Positions 36,232-49,000 of a stretch of 64,000 bases of DNA are shown here, piece after piece. The first letter of the stretch is position 1. Each line of letters begins with the position of its first letter. Made by a program: the position numbers and the translations under genes. Where the stretch lies: positions 2,328,797 through 2,392,796 of the forward strand of contig CM121342.1 in the NCBI GenBank assembly GCA_051530055.1. The letters run 5' to 3'. Under the pieces are notes generated by a model. That model worked only from the letters and a program-made list of their open reading frames with translations. It did no database searches and had not been told where the DNA came from. The stretch comes from Neoechinorhynchus agilis. Its lineage: Eukaryota; Animalia; Acanthocephala.

Positions 36232-36492
36232 ATGGCACCGGAATCTAGCACTGGAGCAGGCAGTCAGGTGAGGCATCGGCGAGGGGCGGGGTCCTCAGGT
36301 CGAACTACGACTGCACGCAGTGGACGAACGGCCAACTCAGGTGGTGGAATGTGGAGGTTCTACACTGAAGATTCTCCTGGAATTCGGATCGGGCCAATGC
36401 CGGTTCTAATTCTCAGTCTTGCTTTCATCGGAGCGGTGTTTCTGCTCCATATCTACGGAAAGCTGACAAGGATAGCAGCGGCCAATAAATAA
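36232..36492 (+). CDS. SEC61B: Sec61 translocon beta subunit
   Basis: [40 protein letters not shown]. Confidence 0.97.
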   Translation: MAPESSTGAGSQVRHRRGAGSSGRTTTARSGRTANSGGGMWRFYTEDSPGIRIGPMPVLILSLAFIGAVFLLHIYGKLTRIAAANK

Positions 36493-36579
36493 TGATCACA
36501 ACGAAGAGGAGATTAATAAAGGCTTTTCTGAAAAAGACTCTTTAATTACTTTTATTTAAGTCGTATTTAGGACAAAAAA

Positions 36580-37320
36580 TCATTCATGTGCCTTTTCTTG
36601 ACATTTCTGTTCTTGGTTGCCACTTTCATCAGAATCAATATTTTGATAAATTGGTTCTGAACTATTACTTGATCTATTGCCATCGACTAATGGAATTAAG
36701 TTGAGATATCGCTTTGAGAAGAACGACATCCTTTCGTAGTATTCTATCATTTTGTTAAGTGAAATGAACTTTAGTCCATTTATAAGATAGTAGCCTTTGT
36801 CGTGAGAATAAATCAAAAAATGGCTCACTTCTCCGTCGTGTTTTATTAGAATGCGGTGGCAACATTTTTATCCGATCAAATTAGTGAAGATTTCAAATTT
36901 TCTTTGAAGATTAATTATGCGATAAAAAAATCCACCGGTTGTTGCCCACACAAGCATTTTACGGATAAAGCATATCTCGATAAGGCTGCATGGGAGTATC
37001 TTATGATAAAAGACCCATCAGGGTGAGTATAGCATCCATTTTGATTTTTCCTTAAAAGAAGACGAGCTGCTTCTTCGCGATTTAAATCAGCTTTGAACCA
37101 TTGTCTTCGGTGAATCCGTAGGCAAGATCGAGGAACGTAGCCCATTTTCCCATTCTGTTCCGCCCAATGCCACCGGGGCTTTTCATCCCCAGTTAAAATC
37201 TTTATTAAGAAATAACGAATGAAATTTCTAATTTTAACTGACCTTAATAACAGAACCTCTCTTGATATTGAGCTCACCAGGACGAAGCGCTTTGAATGAC
37301 TTGGCAACGGTTGCTTCCAT
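36580..37320 (-). CDS. GRB2-like adaptor (SH3-SH2, no C-terminal SH3; multi-exon)
   Basis: MEATVAKSFKA..ELNIKRGSVIK|IL..W..AEQNGKMGYVP; SH2 WF..GSFIIRYS..YALSVK..HFLI..KFISLNKMIEYY. Confidence 0.82.
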
Positions 37321-37442
37321 TTACGTTTAAAAGTAAAGAGAGATGAGAAAATGCGTCGTTTACAAACTTATATCTCCACAATGCGTGCCCCATTTTATTA
37401 TCCTGCGTGAGATTTCCGCTTCAAATCGAGATCCAAACTTGA

Positions 37443-39190
37443 TATATCCGCTGTTCTCATATCACTGATAATTTTTAAATTAAAAACTCGGTCAAACGTC
37501 CTTCGTTTAATTGTTCTCTATTTACTTCCAACTAATCTACCCGGACGGATATTTCCAACCCGACCAGCGGCCGAACCCCTAATACAAAATAAACAACCGC
37601 AGTCTTTGAACAAATCTGAACTCGAGTGTAAAAAACAGAATTCGGTGGAACCATAATATTAAAGAAATTGAATCAACTTTTCAAAGGTTTGCATTGACAT
37701 TCTTCAATGAAATCGTCATGGTACTGTCAATTTCATCGAGCTTTTTTAGTCTATTCAAATAATTACAGCGGTCAAAAGTTCGAGGCTTTATATCCGTTGT
37801 TCTCATATCACTGATAATTTTTAAATTAAAAACTCGGTCAAACGTCCTTAGTTTAATTGTTTTCTATTTACTTCCAACTTATCTACCCGGACGGATATTT
37901 CCAACCCGACCAGCGGCCGAACCCCTAATACAAAATAAACAACCGCAGTCTTTGAACAAATCTGAACTCGAGTGTAAAAAACAAACTCGGCGGATCCATA
38001 ATATTAAAGAAATTGAATCAACTTTTCAAAGGTTTGCATTGACATTCGTCAATGAAATCGTCATGGTACTGTCAATTTTATCGAGCTTTTTTAGTCTATT
38101 CAAATAATTACAGCGGTCAAAAGTTCGAGGCTTTATATCCGCTGTTCTCATATCACTGATAATTTTTAAATTAAAAACTCGGTCAAACGTCCTTCGTTTA
38201 ATTTTTGTCTATTAGCTCTTCTCTCTCTCGTCAACTCAATCGTTCTCTCATTCGTTAACCCGCATTCATTGAACAAATCTGAACTCGAGTGTAAAAAACA
38301 GAATTCGGTGGAACCATAATATTAAAGAAATTGAATCAACTTTTTAAAGGTTTGCATTGACATTCTTCAATGAAATCGTCATGGTACTGTCAATTTCATC
38401 GAGCTTTTTTAGTCTATTCAAATAATTACAGCGGTCAAAAGTTCGAGGCTTTATATCCGTTGTTCTCATATCACTGATAATTTTTAAATTAAAAACTCGG
38501 TCAAACGTCCTTCGTTTAATTTTTGTCTATTAGCTCTTCTCTCTCTCGTCAACTCAATCGTTCTCTCATTCGTTAACCCGCATTCATTGAACAAATCTGA
38601 ACTCGAGTGTAAAAAACAGAATTCGGTGGATCCATAATATTAAAGAAATTGAATCAACTTTTTAAGGGTTTGCATTGACAACCTTCAATGAAATCGTCAT
38701 GGTACTGTCAATTTCATCGAGCTTTTTTAGTCTATTCAAATAATTACAGCGGTCAAAAGTTCGAGGCTTTATATCCGCTGTTCTCATATCACTGATAATT
38801 TTTAAATTAAAAACTCGGTCAAACGTCCTTCGTTTAATTGTTCTCTATTTACTTCCAACTTATCTACCCGGACGGATATTTCCAACCCGACCAGCGGCCG
38901 AACCTCTAATACAAAATAAACAACCGCATTCATTGAACAAATCTGAACTCGAGTGTAAAAAACAAACTCGGCGGATCCATAATATTAAAGAAATTAAATC
39001 AACTTTTCAAAGGTTTGCATTGACATTCGTCAATGAAATCGTCATGGTACTGTCAATTTTATCGAGCTTTTTTAGTCTATTTAAATAATTACAGCGGTCA
39101 AAAGTTCGAGGCTTTATATCCGCTGTTCTCATATCACTGATAATTTTTAAATTAAAAACTCGGTCAAACGTCCTTCGTTTAATTGTTGTC
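37443..39190. repeat. Tandem array (left part): units of 346, 345, 318, 318 and 345 bp
   Basis: Anchor ATATCCG ends at 37450, 37796, 38141, 38459, 38777 and 39122. Confidence 0.97.
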
Positions 39191-42100
39191 TATTAGCTGT
39201 TCTCTCTCTCGTCAACCCAATCGTTCTCTCTCTCGTCAACTCAATCGTTCTCTCTCTCGTCAACTCAATCGTTCTCTCTCGTCAACTCAACGGTTCTCTC
39301 TCGTCAACTCAAAGATTCTCTCGACAAATCAACGTTCTCTCTCTCGTCAACGTTCTCTCTCGACAACGTTCTCTCTCTCGTCCGTCATAAACACTTGCAA
39401 TCAATGCCGAGGCCAAAGCTCCCAACCACCAAGCTCGTCCCCTGTTACATGGACGATTGTCCGGTTAAAACTCAAATATTCGTCACAAATACTTGGGCAA
39501 TAAACAGGAAATTTATTTGCGGTTTCTGTGCAGCCGCCTTGCTCAAACCGTGTTCTCCGTTTCCCCCCCTTCCCAATAAGTACTCAACCACTAACCATTC
39601 CCAAACCCCTAATCCCCAACCCCTTCCATCTTCAGTCTCCCCACCCCAAACCTACTCTTCTCCCTCGCTTAACTCTTTAAATACTGTCCACCCACCCTTA
39701 GCTGTCGGCGCCCTCCAAGACTCCTCTCCACACTCAAATTCGACTACTCCTCAACAATCTTCTCCCTTCCTTAATTCCGTTCCTATCATCTCTCATACCT
39801 CCCTTCCCTCGTCCCTGCACTCTAAGTCTCACTCTGGTCCACCATTAAAACCGAACCCCACCCTTCCTCCTCGGCATCATCTCAATCCTCCAACTGCTAG
39901 AAAAAACCATAAACCCCTCTCATCCTTCTAAAATTACGTTTCAACATTAGCCCCATCAAAACCTACCACCTTCTCTCCTGTATCTCGATTTTCTAGTAAA
40001 AAAGCACACACCCCTACCATCCTTCAACGACTACATTAAGCATCCCTCGCCTCGTAAATTAACTCCTCCTAAACCCCTCTCATCCTTGCCTCCACTCATC
40101 TCTCATCTGCCTAAAACCACTAATTCGCACCCTACCAAATCTGGAAATTTTCGCTTCGCCCCACAAAAGCGAAAAATGCCTTGGACGCGCACACTACCTC
40201 ACCTCTTATCACCACCTCTTCAACTCCCGATATCCTCTCCCCCCGAGTTCATCCCGCATACGCAGTTCCCACCCCTATGGTCCCTACACTCAAATAACCC
40301 CTTACTACAGTGTCCACCCACGAATCCATTACCCCCGAACAACATCATTGGTCAATTCCCATCCCTTCTCTCTCTGCGCAGCTTCAATCCTCTCCGTCAG
40401 TGTCCACCCCTCGTGTGCCTTCTAAACAACCCTTTCCAATAATCTTTTATTCTAACATCCGCAGCCTCCTCCCCAAAGTGGATGAGCTCCATATAGTTTG
40501 CCTCTTATTGCAACGCCGACATCCTTGTAATTACGGAAACATGGCTCTCACCCCATAGCAAATTATCTGCCTTCCTTCCAAACTTTCAAGCTTTTCACCT
40601 CACAAGGGACTTCCGAAACAGGGGGAGGCATATCAATCTTCATCCGCGCCTCTCTCCCTTACCATTGCTCTTCACCCTACCTTTTCATCTCCGACGATAT
40701 TGAAAGGCTTCACATCCAACTTCATCTCCCCCCCCCGCAATGGCCAACGTGAGATCTCTATCGATGGCCTTTATCGCCTCAGATCACTTCATCATATTGG
40801 GCGATTTTAACAAATTGCTGATTCCGCCCTCGCTCTCTCATCTTTCCCAACTCGTTACTTTCCCCACACGCTTCTCCTCCCGCCTAGATAAAATTTTCTC
40901 AAACATCAGGCAATACTCGTGCACTACCAAACTCCCCCGATCGCCTCGTCTGACCATTTCTACGTCCTTCTCTCCCCCTCATCACCTCAAAAACGTTCCT
41001 TTCCCGACTCCTACGTTGTCTGGGATAAACGTGATCATCATACCCACTCCTTTGCTCCATGTGTCAATTCTTATCACGCAAACCGCTATACCATCTTTAG
41101 CCCCGACTCCTCGATTGCAATGGGCTCTTTGTTAAATCTTATAGAATCTGCAATGAAGACCTCCTTTCCGCGCAAAACAATACGAATCTCGAACCGCGAA
41201 CCTCCATGGTTCTCGCCTTTTCCAAAAACTCTTCAAATGCAGGTCACCAAAGCTTTTCGGTCATGCAATCCCGCTTACCTCTCCCTCCACCCCACACTAA
41301 CCAAACGCATCCGTATAGCCCAAATTATTCCTCTCATCTCGTCTCTCGTCCGTTCCCAATCGAAGCTGGAAGCGTGAAATAAAAAATGTCACTGGTCTTA
41401 GTAGATCCACGCTCTTCGCATCTCTCCCCAAATCTGATCTCCTCTCAATCCTCAACACCATGAATAAAAACCTCTGCCCTCCCCAAACCTCCTCTCCATT
41501 GTCCCAACCTCCCTTCTCACTTTCGGACCCGCCCATTCATACATGCCCTTCCTTATTTTCCCCTCTCGAAATCCTAGAGATCCTTAAACGCCTGCCGCCA
41601 TTCTTCTCCTAATTCGACTATCCCAAATTGGGCCATTCGTTTCATCATCCCGGAACTTATCGATCCTCTAACGCACATAACGAACCTTAGCTTTCTATTG
41701 GGCTCTTTCCCATCGTGTCTTAAGGAAGCCCGTGTCGTCCCCCTACCCAAAAGCGATAAACCGATTTCCCCCACATCCTTTCGTCCCATCTCTATCCTCT
41801 CACCTTTCTCTAAAATCTTTGAAAAATGTTTTAAAACCCGCATACTTCCCTTCTTCCTCAAAAACATCTCCCCTTCCCAATTCGCTTTCCGTCCCAATTA
41901 ATCTTGTTCTGATGCACTCCTCTGCATCTACGATACGTGCGCAGCTTAGATTCCAATCCAGCATCAACCGTACGTCTCGTGCAACTAAATATTTCCAGGG
42001 CGTTTGAGTCGGTAGATCACTCCCTCTTAAAGCGCCGTACTTTCCCCTCTCCTCTTTGACATTTTTCTAAATGATCTCCATCCCCTCGCTCCCCCTACCA

Positions 42101-42885
42101 AATATTTTCTTTATGCAGATGACCTTACAGTCATTTCCATCGCATCTCCCTCTCTCCCTCTCCACAACCATGGACGAGCTCAACCATCTAATTTCCTCGC
42201 TCTCCATCCTAAACCTCTCCCTAAAATTATCAAAATCTTTTGAGCTTGTCCTCCACATTTCCAAACGCAATCTTATCCCCGCGCCTCTCCCTCTCCCCAT
42301 CCAACGTTCCTCTTCTCTCCGAATACTGGGCCTGACTTTCCAAGAAAACCTTAAATGGGATGCCCACATTTCATTTACACTCTCTAAAACAAACCCTCGT
42401 CTTTACCTCCTCAAACTCCTCCGGCTTCTCGGCGTATCCCCTAAACACCTTGATCACTTTTATCTTTCTGCCATCCTTCCTATCCTTACATACGCCTTCC
42501 CCACTTTCCTCGCCCTTTCCGTCAATTCTCTCCATTCCCTCGAAACCTTCCACAGGAGAGCAGCGAGAATATGCGGGACTTCACTCCCTCCCCTCGGCGC
42601 CCACCTCCACTCCATTTTCTCAAAAAACGCCCTCCGCCTTCTTCAAGCCCCTCCACAATTTTCTTCCCACATCTCTAAATACTCTTCCCTCGTAAACACC
42701 CGGATCCCAAACCTTTTTCATCTCCACCTCACTCGTACCACCCTCTACCAAAAATCTTTCTTCCCCCAGGCCCAATCTTTCCTTAACAACCGGAGAACGA
42801 GGAACGACTCCCCCAGACACCTTCAGCAAAGATAGATGCTGGCAAGTGTATGGATCGTTCTTCTTAATTAATAAAACGTGTTTAT
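39190..42885 (+). mobile_element. Near-full-length but disrupted CR1/L2-like LINE (PHD-like ORF1, APE endonuclease, RT)
   Basis: Cys cluster ..FICGFC; YSNIRSLLPKVDEL, GDFN, LDKIFS, SDH; FRPISILSPFSKIFEK, QFAFRP, YADD at ~42112; LKWDAHI..LYLLKLLR. Frameshifts and an internal RT deletion. Confidence 0.92.
39198..39383 (+). repeat. About 9 degenerate 18-24-bp monomers (TCGTTCTCTCTCTCGTCAACTCAA) at the LINE 5' end
   Basis: Directly visible tandem repeats. Confidence 0.9.
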
Positions 42886-43417
42886 TAACTTATCTATCCG
42901 GACGGATATTTCCACATCGACCAGCGACCGAACCCATTATATAAAATAAATAAACGCATTCTTTGAACAAATCTGAACTCGAGTGTAAAAAACAAACTCG
43001 GCGGATCCATAATATTAAAGAAATTGAATCAACTTTTCAAAGGTTTGCATTGACAACCTTCAATGAAATCGTCATGGTAATGTCAATTTCATCGAGCTTT
43101 TTTTAGTCGATTCAAATAATTACAGCGGTCAAAAGTTCGAGGCTTTATATCCGCTGTTCTCATATCACTGATAATTTTTAAATTAAAAACTCGGTCAAAC
43201 GTCCTTAGTTTAATTGTTTTCTATTTACTTCCAACTTATCCACCCGGACGGATATTTCCGAACTCGAGTGTAAAAAACAGAATTCGGTGGAACCATAATA
43301 TTAAAGAAATTGAATCAACTTTTCAAAGGTTTGCATTGACATTCTTCAATGAAATGGTCATGGTACTGTGAATTTTATCGAGCTTTTTTAGTCTATTTAA
43401 ATAATTACAGCGGTCAA
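42886..43417. repeat. Tandem array (right part), including one internally deleted unit
   Basis: Resumes at AACTTATCTATCCGGACGG. Anchor ends at 43153; deletion near 43260. Confidence 0.95.
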
Positions 43418-43789
43418 ATCTTCATCTTTTAAATTCGCTGTTGCTGATAAACTCATTTTCTCCGAATTCATGTTTGTGTTTTTATGAGTTAATGCGAGTG
43501 CGGTTGTATCCATCATCAATCCAACTTTTTATACTATGTACAAATAAAAGAATTAAAAAGCTAAAATTTAAATTTTGTAAAATTGAATTTCACTGTTTCA
43601 ATGGTTCTTATGGTAAAAACGCTGGTAACTCTTTTGTCTAGAAAATGTCAAGAACTAGAGCACAAAAGATGACATCCACGTTCTTATTGTTCCGAAATGC
43701 AAGCGAAGAAAAGGAGTTTTAAAATCAACACCCCTCAATGTCACTTTTCTTTGGAAAAAAGACAAAAGGATACATTCAAAACGCTGAAA

Positions 43790-43858
43790 GGACAACACCG
43801 GGGATAGGATTCGCCAACGTGCAATGAAATTCATCCCGGTGACAATGATATATGACAA
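43790..43858 (+). repeat. Dispersed copy of the 55.8-56.0 kb hairpin-arm sequence
   Basis: ACAACACCGGGATAGGATTCGCCAACGTGCAATGAAATTCATCCCGGTGACAATGATATATGACA resembles 55967-56030. Confidence 0.7.
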
Positions 43859-43993
43859 ATAAAATAGTTACCATATTTTCTAACCTGCAGGAGATGGTGA
43901 AGTCATAAAAACTTTCTTTGTCTTATATTCGCAGTTATATTTCTATCTAAAAACGAAACTTACGTTCGCTGAAAAAAGACAAATTGCAAGAAA

Positions 43994-44206
43994 ATGGGTT
44001 CAAAAGCCGTTGTAGTTGCTAAACCGATAATTAGTAAGCGCATATTTGTAGTAAACACCATACAAATTTTGGCATTTATGTCCATCGCCTGCGCTCATAT
44101 AATAATGGCACTTATCACAATGCCGTTATGGAGCTTCAGAGCATATGTATATGAAGATACTAAGACTTTGGAAGAAAATCCTTGGTGGAAAATATGGGAT
44201 ACGTGA
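43994..44206 (+). CDS. Possible first exon of a membrane protein (one TM segment)
   Basis: ATG followed by hydrophobic IQILAFMSIACAHIIMALITMPLW. Downstream exons not resolved. Confidence 0.3.
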   Translation: MGSKAVVVAKPIISKRIFVVNTIQILAFMSIACAHIIMALITMPLWSFRAYVYEDTKTLEENPWWKIWDT

Positions 44207-46069
44207 TTCTAATACAGACCACGAACATATTGTGATTGTTTCATTGAATCGAAAGTGGAATATCTCTTATTTTAATAAATGATACTTTCGCTCACTCATT
44301 CATGTAAATGCGATATTAGCTTCTTCAAGTACGTGCCAAATCTTCTAAATTATACAAAGGGTAAATAAATGGAGAATAGTCTGCCGTCCACTGAAGTTAT
44401 TGGTTAGTAAGCCACTTTAATAATCCTTTTTCGAGAACCAATCAAATTAAATACCTTTTAGTCAAATCAGAAAAAAATTGAGTTTATTGCTTTTATGGTA
44501 ATATAAGTTGCTTCCAGAAATTATGTACAATAATCAAACACGAAGTTAAAGATTTAATGCTGTTAGACGAAAAAATTTTAAACTTAATTTTTTAACAAAA
44601 AGCTTAAAGGAACTATATATAGTTTTATTTAGATTAAATGCACCTTGGAATCGTTCTTAGGATAAAAGTGGGAAAATTTTAGTTCAGCCAATGAATAATT
44701 TTTTTGCGATGAAAAATCAAGTGATATTACCACAATTGTCTGACATTTCCAATGCTTTTATTAATAATTCGCAGTGCGTATCTAGCCTGGAATTCGACTT
44801 ATTGTCAATGACAAACTATTTCTACGCAGACAACAAATTTTGATTCATATAAGAGTACCCTTAGAACTCACAATAAAAACAAAGTCGACGAGCATAAAGA
44901 TATAAATTTCTTATTAACTTTAAGGAAAAGCAACCGAAGAAAGTAAATCCTTCATAGTATTTAAATGAAAGATAAAAGTGAATTTACAATTCCGTGTATA
45001 AATTAAAGTGCAAACAATTAATAATCTTAAATTTGCGACGAATCATCAGCTATTATCTTTGTTACATATTCGGTAATAAAATTATGCTTAAATATCACGG
45101 CATTCTAAAATTATTTCCACAACGCATAGTCCACAGCAAGTCTGATAAAATTTATCGTAACTTTAAATCTCATTGTGTAATCGCAATTTTTTTTAATGTT
45201 TCCAAGATTTTAAGACTAATTTTTTAATAAGCCATATCAATTCCTTTATACTACTTTAAACCAATATGAAAACTTCGTGTTCGATTAAAAATGTCCTCGT
45301 GCACTGCACGAATCTCATTGATGCCGTTAGGATTTAGATAATCCGCAATCGATTTGAAAAGAACTAACCAAACAAAATGTGCATAAGAAGATTGACTAAG
45401 CACAACAAAAGAGTCTTTAAGATCATATTTATGTTTTCGAAACGATATTGAAGAAGGAATGCGGGATTACAGGAAAAACACATATTTTAAATTCCGCTGC
45501 CATTAATACCGAAATTCTCGACAGTGCATTGCGTCAAACATCGGATTGTAAGGCTATCGTTAGCAGCTCTGATATCCGAGAATATTTTTTCTTACTTGGA
45601 AGCAGAATCATTCCTCCAAAAGAGACACTTCCATGATCAAAAAGGGCATTATCTTAGACATCGAGGGAGATGTATGTCAGTGATAAGGAAAACAGGAAAA
45701 GTGTAAGCTTGCAAAGTAATCGTAAATCTGACATCGCCAGAACGCGGACTGATAACAAAAGAAATATCAGCGAAAAATGAGCTGGACAATCTGAAGCATT
45801 CGCGACAGTCTGTGTTTTCCTTGAAGAAGTCACAAAACACATAAAGATGGCTCATAGAGCAGTCGGAAGATCTTATTGTGTAAGTAAATCCTTCCACGAT
45901 CTCAAACGCTTTGCAAGGCGTAATAAAAAACTTGTTTTGAAAAATCCTCAGACCAAATTTAAATTGAATAACGGCTTTAAAAATATGATAATGTCTAGTT
46001 TAACGCAAAATTTGACAAAATTAGCGACAATTTCTTTTTAAGCGTCGACCTGAAGGTTCACGACAATCC

Positions 46070-49000
46070 GTCTAAGTTTATGGCTGTGTAAAAGGTATGC
46101 AACATGGATGGTAAGAATACCTTTTCTTCTCCTGACTTACAACTTAACGTCTTTAAACTAAGTATTTTATTTTCATAGGTAAGATACTTTTGTACGCCGA
46201 TTAACTCTCGAATAAATTTACAGAAAGTGCACTTATAAAATTTGCGGAATTTCTTGCTATCAATCGCAAATAAGGTTTTTTTTAAATATTTATCGTTGAG
46301 TCTTACAGTTATAAGCGCCACTAAAAGATCTTCTTATTCTAGCGAAACTTGCTTAAATTTGAGATGATTTTGTGTAAATTAATAAATAACACGGAATAAA
46401 TTTTTGAAACTTAAATGCCACATTAATATCAAACAATGAAAGTTAATTTTAGATTTCATCAAATCAAAGCAATCTTAAATAAAAAATCATAATACTGAAA
46501 ATTAATAATTGTTTTGTTTTATTGGAAAGAGTAATACCTTTAGTCTGATTAAATAGAATTTCTGTCTATATGTCAAAGTGGAAATCTTGCATAAATGTTA
46601 ATTTCTGTTAAATTCTCAGTTCTCTCAAGATGATCGAGATAAAAAGGAGATATGAAGTATGAATATTTCTTTCAAGCTTCCGGTCGTCATTTTAGCATTA
46701 CTCTTAATAATACAAAAATTCACGTTGATAATCGAATTTATGGTTGACCATTTCATTTCTAATAAAAATCAAGATGGCAAAATACACAACCAAGCAAGAA
46801 CAGATTTTCTCAAAAATGAGCATAAATTCTCCCAAATCTTTTATCTTTTTATCAGGCTAACTTTGGAAATAATTTTTTAAATAACTCGGAACATAGATGC
46901 GAGTATCAGACTAACATTTTATTTATCTTCCTCAAAGGAAACGAATCTGTTTAATTAAAGAAAAATTAACCGAAGACGACGTACTGCATAAATTTTTTTT
47001 ATGGATTAATGCAAGAGAGCATGGCCTACCGATCTCTTGTTGTGCGAATCAATAATTAGGCGATAGTAAAAGAAATTACCACAATAATCCTTACAATTCG
47101 TTTTATAGCGTAAAAATGTTCAAGAAAGCTTTTAGTGTACTAAACGGTGACACTTTTTTGCACCATCGGCGCTGAATACACTAGCGACAAACATTAAAAG
47201 CTAACAGCAGATATATTTTTTCAAAAATTTAAATGGCATTGTGCGATTTTAGTTTTGGAATTCATATGTTTGATTATTTGTATTAAAACGCAATTTTCAC
47301 TAAATGGGAAAATCTACGTACAAAATGCTCGTTCAATTTAAGAAGGTCCTCAATTATGCTTTAATCGTTAAAAAATGTTTCGAAAATTTGCCTACAAACC
47401 TTTGATATTACAAGATTGGTAAATATGGATACTTTTATTGGACTTCACTTTTTTTATACGTAGGAAACAGCGTAATTTCTTTAAATTCGAAACAAACGTG
47501 CATAGTATTCCATAAGTAAAAAATGTTAATTTTTAATCTCATTTTGTAAAGCTGAAAAGATTTAAAGGTTAATGTATTAACGAAACTCCATTTTTGGTAC
47601 ATGACGTTTATTCCGAAGCAATCTTTAACCCTTAAGACTCGAACGATTTAATAAACCAAGATTTTGCCGACAAACTTTATAAAATTTATCGGCGGCTATC
47701 ACAAGTTCGGCATTTTCAATACATTCTCATTGGTTGAAAAGTCAACAAATCTCAGAAGCCTCTGCGAATAGAAGAGTTTTTATAATAGAGACATGCTTTT
47801 CATTAATGCCGCTTCTTGCGAAAACCTCGATGCTAGGATAATTTCCATCGACTGACGAGACTTTGTTCAGTTCATCAACGGGAGGGCGGAAAATCATCAG
47901 AGGTATTTCATTCGTCTTCTTGCGACGTGCAAAGGTTCATTAAAAGAGCAATAGAATGTTTCCTTTCATTACTACAGACGAAAAACATCATCTTTTTCAT
48001 TATATACATAAAACCCGGCGGCACATTCTGCTAAACATTTATCTCTTTAGGGCAGGAGACACAAAACGGGAAGTTCGCACATGTTAAAGTATCGAACATT
48101 AGAGGATTATTTGGTTAGAATCGATTTTTAGAATTGATTATTAATCCACTTTTAGGTCGCTACCTTTAATCGCAAAAAGAAAAAGGAACGAAAAAAGAAA
48201 ACAGACGATACGGCTCCAATTTGTAAACTTGTCAGTGCCATTAAGAAACATGTATGAGTCTTCTCAAACTTTATAAGATACAAAAAAGATTGAAAATTTT
48301 CAATATTAAAAGGTATTGAAGACAATTGAACAATGTGTAAATAAAGATATCCAGAACAATGTTCAATATATTCAGAGTCCTATTCCATGACTGTTGAGCA
48401 CTGATCGCAATCGATTTAAAATTGGTATAAATTTTGTTGGTTCATAAACGAGGTTATATATTCAATAAAATTCAACGAAGTTCTATGTTTCAGATATTTA
48501 TTTATCACAAATAGAAGCGGATAATGTTGTCAAAATCGTTTTATTGAAATCGATTTTCGCTTTATATTCTTCGTATTATCAAAACGTCTTAGTAATCCCT
48601 AAAGTAAATAAAATCGCAATTTATTTTCTTCGTTGCTTTATAGTCTCGACTAAAATGAAAATTAATTTTTTCAAAGTGATTTTGAAAATTCGTGAACTTT
48701 AAAAAATAGTTAGCTTCCTCAAAGTTGGGCAAATCGTCTTGTCAAAGCTGAGTACTTAAATCTGTGAACTAGATTTTGGACTATTTATTGTTATGAATCT
48801 ATAAACGCCCATGGCAACCAATAATTTTTACTTCGTTGCTTACACCTTTTTCGTTGATATTCGTAGAATGAATCTTGCAAAATGGATAGCATTTCTGCTT
48901 GTTTCTATGGCTCTTTTTGTTGCTTACGTTTTATTTCTTCTTTCAATGGCCCTATACTGTAAGAAACAAAAGTTAAATAACGATATTTCCCAAGACGAAC

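Noticed and set aside
39183-39503. ORF with SLSRQLNR repeats
   Set aside because: It is a translation of the LINE 5' monomers.
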